Assembly (NCBI GenBank): GCA_000934665.2
Contig: JYFJ02003019.1
Coordinates: 1-47,708, forward strand
DNA: 47,708 nucleotides
Origin: Catajapyx aquilonaris
Taxonomy: Eukaryota
Direction: 5' to 3'
This document shows positions 28,185-38,509 of this stretch, piece after piece. Each line of letters begins with the position of its first letter. Position 1 is the stretch's first letter. A program made the position numbers and the translations under genes. The notes beneath the pieces are model-generated. The model ran no database searches, had not been told where the DNA came from, and saw only the letters and a list, made by a program, of their open reading frames with translations.

Positions 28185-28305
28185 CACATGAGACGTAGGC
28201 CTATAGACAAAGAGATACCATAACCCCAGCACAAGGTTGAGAAGGGAAAGCCCATGCTTGGGATCGAACCGGGACCTTTACATTCGTGGATGAGAACGTC
28301 ACTTG
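28185..28305 (-). mobile_element. Degenerate family-B-related SINE head fragment
   Basis: Minus strand CCACGAATGTAAAGGTCCCGGTTCGATCCCAAGCATGGGCTTTCCCTTC resembles family B CCACGGATGTTAAGGTCCCGGGTTCGATCCCAGCCCGGGGTTCCCCCCTTC. Confidence 0.55.
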
Positions 28306-29074
28306 TTTATATCCCACTCGTTTTAATAGTCTTATAGCAACAAACATTTAAAAAATTCGGAAGGCTTATTATCACCGAGTCAGGGGCTGTAATTTTAAAT
28401 ATTTTCGGAATGTCCATAACCCAATAAAATTAAGACAATCCCGTAATTAGTTTATAGATCACTAATTTGATAAATTCATAAAATGTACACTACATAATAT
28501 ATTAATAATGCAGTTAATCTGACATAACCCTCGGACTATTTGTAGGGCTATATAATGCCAAAAGTGCAGAAAGTAGGTATACGAGTCTTCAAAACTCAAA
28601 ACGATAAAACTTGAATGTTCACTTTAAATGCCTCAATAAGGTTGAGAACTATACTCGTTTTAAAATGGTCAAAAATTTGTTAACATCTTACGCAAATCAT
28701 GCTTCCCCTCAGCAGATGAAACCAAGTGCTTCACAACCAGTTGAGGGATATTATAAGGCCCATGACTATATCAATATTCGCTGTGAATTCTGTGATGAGA
28801 ACTGAGAAGGAAAGGCCAATTCGTGACGCCAGTCATACAACATATGACGTACGTTTCCTTTATCATATTGCGATGTTAAGTTTTATCATCAAGGAAACAA
28901 CGACATAATATACAGTATATTTCCCTCAAGACTTCAGCACTTTCCCTGCAACTCCCCTTTGTTTACTGAAAGATTGAACATAATAGCAAACTCGACAATC
29001 AAACTACTTGTAATTTTTTGAATGGAGTCATTGACACATACAGATATTCCGCATGTATGAATCAAAATATTATA

Positions 29075-29472
29075 CAGGGTGGTCCAACTTCAAGTGTCGT
29101 TTTATAACGGCGATTAATAGCAGTGATTTTGCGATGACGTAGCAGCGACGTAGCAGCGACGTCCCACTTCGGCGCCATCGAAAATATTAGCTGCCAATAG
29201 CAGCACACATTTAATCAACCCTGCTGCTGGGTTGACCTGGAAAAAAAAGGAGGTGCACACATGACCTGCGATGCGCCTGGGTGAAATGGGTGACGTCTAA
29301 GTCACCAGATGGACCATGGTCCTGTAATGCAAGGGGGAAGCCTGCAAACGAAACACAGCTAATATTTTCGATGGCGCCGAAGTGGGCCATTTTACACGTG
29401 GCTGCTACAATAATCGTAAAGCGCTTCTATTAATAGCCGTTATAAAACAACACTTGAAGTTGGACCACCCTG
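29075..29472. mobile_element. Tc1/mariner-type MITE with bipartite long TIRs
   Basis: TA|CAGGGTGGTCCAACTTCAAGTGT ... ACACTTGAAGTTGGACCACCCTG|TA, plus an inner perfect pair CCCACTTCGGCGCCATCGAAAATATTAGCTG / CAGCTAATATTTTCGATGGCGCCGAAGTGGG. Confidence 0.9.
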
Positions 29473-30006
29473 TATATAATATGGATAGTTGGGTAGGCTT
29501 TTAGCTGTTTAATTTAGTACCATACTGAAATTAATAAACAAATCAGAGTGAAGCCCATATGAATCCACTGAATATGAGCAATGTGAGAGTCATCGGCTTG
29601 CTTGTGCATAACTACAGGCTTTATTCATACTCGTAGACTGCTAATAATGATACGGACAGATTGCCGACATAATCTAGCTGTCAAGCTTCGCACTCGCTCG
29701 TACCACAAATCAAAACCTATTAAATCCCAAGCCTCTCTACCCAAACAAATCTGTCCAGTTGATGCTGCGGAGGTTCTGCAACTCTATTTGGTATGTTTGA
29801 AACCATGATTTGCAGAACGATTACTCATTTTGGGTGAAATTGAGTAAGGATTATAGCAATTACAGTCCATATAGGCCCTAGAGAAATGTTTGAAAAACTA
29901 GATCCCAGAAGGGATAATGTAATCTCCAACCTTCAAGGGCTCATTATCTCGGTATCCCTCCGTTGTCCCTGATTGTTACGCCCCATTTCTGATCTTCATA
30001 TAACTG

Positions 30007-30141
30007 TGAACGAATCGACAACAATAATAATTATTGTCGATTCGTTCATGATGCCATAATTATTATGGCATCTGGAACTCAGTGGACCCAAAAGTTGGAT
30101 GTGCAATCCAGTTTTTCTGTGCGGGTCCACTGAGTTCCAGA
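30007..30141. repeat. Three abutting hairpins/palindromes
   Basis: 15-bp arms 30007-30021/30034-30048; 11-bp arms within 30050-30072; 19-bp arms 30071-30089/30123-30141. Confidence 0.9.
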
Positions 30142-33100
30142 CGGATGTGTTTTAGCAAGAAGCAGTCCACCTAATGAGGAGCATCATGCTGATCATGCTC
30201 ATGTTGAATACTGACTATAGTCGTGTAGGGTGAATGACCCACATAACTCAAACTTTTGCTCGACTGAGTGCGGCTTGAGAAGACCTGGCGATAATTAGCT
30301 TAGACCTCTTTCGATATCAATTCCTGATCACCTCTGCTGATGGGTTTCGCCTATATATGCCTATCCACAGGTTCAAAATGGCGGAGGTGTCAACGACTCT
30401 GCAGAATCCCTTCATTTCTTCTACGTTTTAACCACCTTCATTATAAAACAAATAAAAAGGCTGGTCAACAGTTGCAAATGAAGGCTGTTCACGGCTCGTT
30501 TCCGTATACGCAGCAGTTTTCGACTGTTCCGAGGGACCTACTTTCGCATGCTGATATTGTGCTCCACTACTGTGAAAATCTACATCTTGGCCCCGCAATG
30601 ACGCTTTTCTGTCACCAAGTCGTATGTTACTGAAAGCAATTACCGTAAAAGGCTGAGATGGGGGGCATGAACATTGTAATTCGTTGCGTCTAATAAGCTA
30701 CACTGTGGGACTGCCATAAATCATTTCCAATATGTATTATGATGCGTATCATCTGCTCTTGTTTCACTCTTCAAGACTGGGGCAGCCATTTGTAAAATGC
30801 TAAAAAGTTGTGTTTTCAATGGGGGGGAGTGTCCAGAAGATTGGTAAATCCTACTACGGTAATGTCAGGTGCATGACAAAGTCTAATGGAGCTGTAGCCG
30901 GGTTTCAATTTGTTGCTGGATTTTTAGTTTCGTGTAGAAACTCTTCTATTCACAGGCATGGGCTGCAATTGCGGAACACCAACGGTTGAGCATGTAACTC
31001 TCGTATTCAAACAGTCAAAATTTTGATTATGCAAATTACTCTGTTGGTGTCCTAATTAAAATTACAGGATCAAACTGTAACATCATTCGCTATAAATAAC
31101 TTATTTGGTCCCTGCTGTTTGAACGCGTGTAACAGGGCTCACTTTGACTCTAGCTTTCATCTTACATTATTTATCTGTGTGGGAAAGGTCGATCCATAGT
31201 GCCACCTCGATTTCGATAAAACACTCAGCAAACCGATTTTTCAGACACATGCACTTGCCATGTTAAATCTTTTTTAAAATGATTATTTTTCTTCTTTTTT
31301 CGCAGACAGTCACGCAGGTTATTATTTGAATTTCGCTCGAATCTCTTGTTGAATTATACAGTAGAAGCCTTGATGTATAGAGTACCGGTACTGTACAGTT
31401 GTTTCCTACTCGCCAGCCATTATGCCTTATCAGGAGATTAGTCCCCCGAGGAGAATTATTATAGGTACTCATTTGAACTACTGTACATAATGTCTGATGT
31501 CCATTTTTCCACGTGGTTTTGACTCCCAATGGCCTTAATTGGAGCAATTTGCTGCAAATGCATTTCCAATATGCTACTTGGGCTTTCAAATACAAGCTCC
31601 CCATTAGGATCGTTAGTAACGTGCCATACAACATTCAAACCGATAATTAGCCATGTCACTCACAGGTTTACACAAGGTAAGGCCTTTTGTGTACACCATG
31701 CCGTAGGCCTTCGTGCAAAATATAACCCGAAATATAACTAACTCGTTACTCGTATCTGCTCACTTCTGTTTCTAGCAGCCCGACTATTGTTGAGCACGGC
31801 CGAATTGGCTGACATCTGGAGACAGTCGCGTGAGTTACAGTAATGGCGGCCGTATAGGGGGTGTTCATGGGAACTTTTCAACGAAATCGTCGTAACCCAT
31901 ATTTTCAGGTCATAAGTGCTATTGCCTGCTGCCTATGAAGTTTGACCAAATGTCAAGATTCATGACCCTCCGAATGTTGTGTTCTAACTCCCCTGCAGTG
32001 CTCAAGATATTTAATTTGCGCATTATCAAAAGGTACAGTCGCGAACATAATAATGGGTAATAAAGCTTCAAGCAAGTAGTTCCTTTGTGCAGTCACCGGC
32101 AACAATTTTAAGAGGTCTTCCCTGCCTATTTACCTCATAATACGCTCAAAAACGACTAGATAAGTCGAAATACGGCCGCGTTAGAACGAGAAAACCCACA
32201 GGTTTTCCTCCTTAACCCGAGAAAATCGGGAGGTTAGTGTTCACCGGAGATTTAACTGCAGGTTTGCGTAATCTCGCGTTGATACAATGAGTTTGCTGTT
32301 AATCACAGATTTACTGCCTAGTAACCACAGACTTAGAGAAAACTTGCTTTGATACAACCGGCCCTAGGTCCATCATTATGCTCGCGACTGTATTTATTAC
32401 CAGAACATTACTTGTGAAGAAAAATATTGCTCACACTGGGAGTTGAATTTTTCACTACAATGCAAGCTGTATTCTGTGCAAATATCGTAAATAAAAAACA
32501 GTATTCTGACCATTTGCTATACACTCGTATGTCTAAGAGAGCCGATGGAGTTGCGTCACATGCCCATGACCCCTGATTGATATTTGCCGGATAGGAGATA
32601 AAACACTCAGGTTCTGAAGTGGATCCTATACGGGGCAAAACTTTGGGGCATGAAAATGCACAGTGTCTGGAACATTATCGATCAATCCCCTGCCACATAA
32701 GTTACTGTATATCCTGAATATAGCAGCAACGAGAACGTCAGTATCTAATATTCTCATCTTATCATATGGCCTACATAGATTTTTTTAACGTCGTCTTTAC
32801 CACCATATTTTATCATATTTCAGGTGCATTGTCATGCATCGACAAAATCGTTATTAAGTTCACGTGCAAAACTGAAATCTCATCTGTATATACTCTTACA
32901 TTGAAAGGAAGAGTAAATAAGTCGCTTCTCTGTGAAACAATGAATATTGCTCCTTATTACCCGCAAATAAAATAAGTTACATGGGCGATTTAAAGACCAA
33001 ACAGGAGTTTGGTTATAGTTTTACTTTTCTTTATTTCCTGTTTCAGTTGTCAGTTTTGGAATACCTTGTAATAATAATATTATTATTTTATTGTGTACAC

Positions 33101-36100
33101 AGCTACACATCAAAGTTAATGTTGAAAGATTAAGAAGAGGCAAAGGGTACAGCTAAACGCGGGATATCCAACCCATAATTATTTATGGTCGCGAAGCAAA
33201 CATCTTAGTATATGACATAGAATATGGCAGTACCACCACCCAAGGATGAAGGTAGCGTACAAGACATGAAGTATGCACGAACGCGAGGATGGAGTAAACA
33301 AAGAATTATGTTGAAAACTGTAGACGTACAGGGCACAGTTTCTTCATGCAGCAAAAGTAGCACAATCCGAGAGAATTTATTCGTAAAAACATTGCAGATT
33401 CTTCATCTAACTGAGTGTGCAGTATATATATGCCGTCGTTAGGCATGCACCATACACTAATGGATTCCCTTATTACTCTGCGAGGACGCATGCGCTGTAT
33501 GTATTCTAATTTTGTATGACATGCTCTGTGTATTACTGCTGATAATAATTGCGGGCCTCCAGCAAGAGATGGGTAAGCCACAAAAATAACCCTGAGAAAC
33601 AATGATGTTACTTAGTATGTTGATGTATATGTATATGGACAACCAAAATTAAACAATAAGAAGATGCAAAAGTAAAGTAGCTCCAACACTTTACCAGATC
33701 TACCGGTCCTGAGTACTGCTAGGTCGGAGCAGAAAAAGGTGCATGAAGTCAGACTCCTTGTATAGCAACAACAGTGAAGTTAGTCCGGGGCAACCTACTG
33801 GTCTCAACGCAACCTCCAACGCAACAGTGATGGCACATGGCATCCATATCAGAGGGAAGATCCCCTCAGGCCCTGCCAACTTTCGTGGCATAAGCGCAGC
33901 TTAGCAAACAAACAAACAAAATTCACTGTAAATGTGCAGGATAACAGTTCGTATGGGTCAAAAGTTTGATGGGATTTAGCACCATGTGGCCCAGAAAACT
34001 GATTTAATTTTTAGTATTCGATGATTTCCTCGGGGAAGGGAATCACTGTAGTTGTAATGTTGAAACCCGTACGATATTTCATTCCATTATGATTCCTGCT
34101 AAGACAAGTATATATTTAATCTAAAAAAAATTTGAAGAGCATAATTAATATACAGCGAAAATGTCCATACCTTCTTTCATCATATACATTATTATTGTGT
34201 TTACGCAAGTTCACTGTAGGCGTTTACATCTTTACAATTAAAAGGAAGGCACTGAATATAAGTTATCACTGTAAAGTGCTAGTGGATTGAGGCAAGTCCC
34301 TTCGCTGCACTTTCAAAAAAAAAGGAGTGAAAAATCATATTCCACTGGCGGCCATCACATCAGTATAATTTTTCAAGAAGTCAGCATTGTGAATTCTTCA
34401 ATTAATTCAACTAGCTTCCATATAAATACGCCATACAAATATTGGGCCTACTCTAATTAGTACCATCTACGAATGTTTGCACATCTGAAAATACCTTCTT
34501 CCCTGCTTCCAGTGCAATCAAAATGTAACTTTTGCGTTCAGGCAGAGTAGGATAAACAAGACGGATAACGAAAAAACAAATGCCACTGAGAAATCAAAAA
34601 AATTAAATTCAGCATGATACGAGTTAAACAGATAATTAAGTGGCCATCTCTATTAGCCAGCACTTCGCGGATACACCCTTTCAGAAAATGATTCTACCTT
34701 ATACAAACAAAAGTCAAACTTGACTCACTTCCTGTGCGTACATACCTGTAACTTGATTACAACCCAGTATATCTCCCTCTGTTCAATAGTTGATCGAGTT
34801 ATTTCGAGACAGCAAACTTGCCCATAAAATAATAACAACTTTCCTCCCTTACGCCACACGACCCGCCCACAGACGTATAATAAGGTTATGTCCATCAACA
34901 ATAACGCATGCTTGGAGCCAAGTTTCAATAATGTGTAAACTGCACTACCGGTGCAGCACTATTGTGCAGTACCTCCCAACTGTATATAGACTTTCCTGGG
35001 GCGTTCAACTAAGGTATAAGTTTGTTTTCAGAATGTCTGCGAAGCTAACTGACGTACAGGGTGTACAGTCTGCTATCCGGCGGAATCTTTTCTAACGCGA
35101 AAGTGTCAGGAACTTTCTATAAGGGCTTTTTCCTGATCCTCTGTAATTGGAACGTGACATACAATAATCCAACGTTGTGGAGACAGGAGATCGGCGACTT
35201 AGCCTTTTCATATACCGGTCGCAACCCAGCTTCATTCTTTTCATTTCCGCCCTAATGGGAAAGTTGAGCAGGTCAGGACCGACCTCAAGGTCTGGCATAG
35301 AGAACCTGCTTGCTGATGGTTTGCGTATACCGGTTACATAATCTCAGCCTATAGGTATGCAATTCAGGAAGATGAACACGTACTACTTTGTAATCGAGTA
35401 TATGATTGTAACTTTGTTTCACCCACACCATGCTTTCCATGAAAATCAGCATTATCATCACGTACGCAGGAAACAGCAGCATAACAGATTGCACGAGTGG
35501 CCAGCTGGCCAGCTGGCTGAAATATTTTCAGTTTCGCTTTCAAAGAAGTGATTTCTCACGTATTATTACTCCAACCAGAGAATGGTATAGTACTGATGTC
35601 ACAATGGAAAACAATGTCAACAATGTATAAGTACCAATTCAATGTAAGTACCAATTAAAAACTGATGTCAGTACCATTATTTGGTTGAACTGATAGTAGC
35701 AAGATAGTAGTGTATATCCTGGCGCTTTTGTTGTTGTTCAGTCGTGCATAAATGTGTATACAAAATAACAAAATTCCAGTCTAAAATTATTACAAATTGC
35801 ATAGTACAGATGAGCTACTTTTCTTAAACCCATGATTTTCCACTTAATTCCCAGTCAAAATTAATATGAGCCAATGACTATAGTCAACTAGGTTATAATA
35901 ATTATTATTATGAAACATGGAGATATTACGATACCAATATTACTAGCATTTATGTTCCTTCATGAAAGCCGGATTCTGATTTACAAACATAACCCATAAC
36001 TTGGAGTATCTACTCATGATTTGCACGCTCATCTTTTTACAATATATAATGCAAAAGAAGGAGACGGTACCGAAGCCCTTGAACGGATACCAACATCCAG

Positions 36101-36630
36101 AAACGTATTACACTCTTATTACATATTCATCAGAGGGTCTGTTATGGTAAGCAGTATAAGGGTTCGCTGGTATGGAGTATATAACTCGGAGTGAATAAAT
36201 TCGTGCTTCAATATCAGACGCCACCTCATGTTATTTCGTTCGATCATATTAGGCTACTTTAGCACTTTTTATAAGTGTAGTCTTAGTCTTACAACCGAAA
36301 CCGCACAATCCTGCTCCGTTTTGACGTATAAAAACTTGCGTTCCGGAGCATAATTCCCAAGGGGGTAACCACTCCCCAAAACCCGGTTCCAGGCCGGTTC
36401 CACAGGGACCATGTACACCGGTTCCACGAAGTGGCTATCCCCTCGATAATTCCATACCAATCCTATTTTGCGTAGTATAATAAAAAGATCCTGCTATAGG
36501 AAAACGTATACCGTATCTATAGAGTAGTGCACCGACCCGAACAATCACAAGCAGAAAATTGAAAAAATACGCAAATAATGGAACCCATGGTATTTGTTTC
36601 CATATTTTCTGCATAAAAATCGCCCACTCG

Positions 36631-36957
36631 GTTGGTTGGTTGGTTGGTAGGAAGGGTTACCCAGCTTGTATGGCTCTGTCTCAGTCGAGCCTTGGCAGCC
36701 GGGGGTAGGAGAGGAAGGTGTGGGATTGCAAGGTAGGGGTGGGTGAGAAGGGCGGGGGAGAGGAGGGCTGGCCCCGGCTGTACTGCAATGCCGGGTCCAA
36801 CCCAGGGACGGGGGTGGGATATTCTCCCAAGCACCCCGTCCAACCAAGAAATACGAGTCTGGTCCGAGGACCGCTCGAGGAAGAGAGTACCGTCGCTGGC
36901 GAATCAGCCGGGACCTCATACAACCTCATGTTAGCATTTTATATAAAAAAAATAAAA
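36631..36957 (-). mobile_element. TSD-flanked short retroposon carrying a U2 snRNA 3'-half domain and a (CCAA)n tail
   Basis: 16-bp direct repeat AAAAATCGCCCACTCG at 36615-36630 and 36958-36973; (GGTT)n at 36630-36648 on the plus strand; U2-like segment at 36852-36765. Confidence 0.75.
36765..36852 (-). pseudogene. U2 snRNA-derived 3' fragment (Sm-like site, stem-loop III, stem-loop IV)
   Basis: Minus strand ATTTCTTGG-TT-GGACGGGGTG...CACCCCCGTCC-CT-GGGTTGGACCCGGC-ATTGCAGTACA-GCCGGGGCCAGCCC. Order and sequence match the insect U2 3' half as recalled (ATTTTTGG...GACGGAGTG...GGGTTGGCCCGGTATTGCAGTACCGCCGGG). The U2 5' half is absent. Confidence 0.8.
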
Positions 36958-37186
36958 AAAAATCGCCCACTCGTTTCTTCCGAAGGGAAAACATTGGATG
37001 ACATACAGCACTAGCAATGCACGTTGCGGTATCAATTACGCCACTCAAGTCTTCGACAGAAAATGATCAGACCAATGTTGCAAGGCCTCTCGAACGGGTT
37101 TATTACGTTTTCTAAATATCAAATGACGCATAGGTTAAACTGTATGTAAAATATAACTCTCCTGTGTAGATATGCAGAAAACACGT

Positions 37187-37192
37187 TTTATT
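37187..37192 (-). promoter_or_regulatory. Polyadenylation signal of the secreted-protein gene
   Basis: AATAAA on the minus strand about 93 nt after the TAG stop; a second AATAAA at 37104-37099. Confidence 0.6.
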
Positions 37193-37284
37193 GCGTTATA
37201 TCTGTACAAATATTACATTCGCATGAGAGTCGTTTTCCAGCTTGGTCAGTTGCAAAAGGGGGACCTGCGCAATACATCAATTGA

Positions 37285-38417
37285 CTAATAATGTTTGTGA
37301 ACCTTGACAGGGACAGGGACTGGAACGTGCACTTTGTGCACTACTGGAACCTTGTGAACGACAGGGACCTTGTGAATGACAGGAATCTTGTGGACGACGG
37401 GTATTTTGTGGACCACGGGAACCTTATGCACCACTGGGATCTTGTGGACCACTGGGATCTTGTGGACTACCGGAACTTTGACCACTACAGGAATCACCTT
37501 GTGCTCCGTCTTGTCCTGTAAAATTATCTCAGCTTAGCTACGGTGTCCGAAAGGATCAGTTGCACGATAGGTTTATGAGCATTACAGGGATAATTTTTAA
37601 TGAGGATGTTCATAATAATCGTATAAGGAAAAGTGAAGTGTAGTTTTTTCCTACTCAGATCCTAAATGGTAATATAAATATTTCGAATTCGGGAATTGGC
37701 ATTTTTAAAATTTTAAGTGGGCACGGAAGTCATTAGGAGCTTTGATCGTCTGATTTTTACGGCAATAACAGCTGATGGGGATTTTTTATAATAATATATT
37801 ATTTACTATTTTGACATTAATGAAATAGGTCTATTGGCGTGCAATATTAGTTTCCCATTTTATAACCCAATGTGAAGGGATCTAGCAATGTGCAACGATA
37901 GTTGTGTAATCATCGATGCTATCAAATGTAAGTTTCAGTAAATAATAAGCAACACTAAAAGTGGTACATTTTCTATCATTGCCGTAAAAAGTTGGGAAAA
38001 AATTCTCATACGATCCTAAAACCTTCAGTGCCCATTTTAAGTCGAAGTAATGGCAAATTCTCAAATTTAAAATCCGAATTTCCAAATTGCAGGAAAAATA
38101 TATTAAAGTTTCACTTTCCACATAATACAATAGGTATACAACCTCACTAAAAATATATTGCGTCAAAACTGATCCTGCAACAAATCCTTTGTGAGTTTCC
38201 AACCCTCTCTCGCCTGATGTCGGACTTACGTCATGCCCACCACCATATCCGCCACCGAATCCTCCGCCAAAGTCTCCTCCGAAGCCATGCCCTCCTGTCT
38301 CGGCACACACAATCACAGCAGCAGCGGCGGCCAACAGAAGAACCTGACGGAACATGTCTTTAGACATTCTTTGCTTTTGACTAGTGCAAATATCGGCTTA
38401 CTTACCAGTCTAGCCAT
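37285..38417 (-). CDS. Three-exon gene, complement(join(37285..37515,38230..38343,38406..38417)), encoding a 118-aa secreted low-complexity Gly-rich / His-Lys-Val-Pro-repeat protein, probably a cuticular or other extracellular structural protein (CPG/CPLCP-like, no R&R motif)
   Basis: Exon 1 CAAA-ATG GCT AGA CTG|gtaagt; 62-nt intron ending ccgtcag; exon 2 VLLLAAAAAVIVCAETGGHGFGGDFGGGFGGGYGGGHD|gtaagt; 714-nt intron ending ttttacag; exon 3 DKTEHKVIPVVVKVPVV(HK[IV]PV[VI])x7HKVHVPVPVPVKVHKHY-TAG. Both introns are phase 0 and the frame is kept. MARLVLLLAAAAAVIVCA looks like a signal peptide. Repeat units differ mostly at third codon positions. Confidence 0.9.
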
Positions 38418-38471
38418 TTTGATGGGGGAGGTAAGAGAAGGCGACGTGGTTTCACTGATTTTCAGAAGGCG

Positions 38472-38509
38472 AGTGAATGTTCCTCCGAGACCCAACTCAG
38501 ACTTTTATA
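38472..38509 (-). promoter_or_regulatory. Core promoter of the secreted-protein gene: TATA box plus Inr-like start
   Basis: Minus strand TATAAAA at 38509-38503, with ACATTCACT about 30 nt downstream (A at 38478); a TCAGT also lies at 38458-38454; ATG at 38417. Confidence 0.75.

Noticed and set aside
32173..32365. Harbinger-like end TTGATACAACCGGCCC
   Set aside because: No matching left terminus could be identified.
33700..33920. Retroelement 3' end with an (AAAC)n tail
   Set aside because: Short tail, no TSD and no second copy found; insufficient support.
36765..36852. Functional U2 snRNA gene
   Set aside because: The 5' half with the branch-point recognition sequence is absent, the Sm site is altered, and the segment sits within a TSD-flanked insert.
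36855..36920. HDV-like ribozyme at the 5' end of the U2-domain element (TCCTCG loop-like motif, GAGGTCC/GGTCCTC-GG)
   Set aside because: P1 has a mismatch, P3 does not form properly, and no J4/2 plus P2 partner could be found; worth retesting only on a family consensus.
37291..37521. Plus-strand repetitive ORF (WDLVDH...)
   Set aside because: Antisense shadow of exon 3; the synonymous pattern and splice signals favour the minus strand.
37882..38367. 161-aa single-exon ORF starting MSKDMFRQ
   Set aside because: Its start lies inside the predicted 62-nt intron and its C-terminal part is read-through of intron 2; the spliced model explains the TATA box, start context and signal peptide better.
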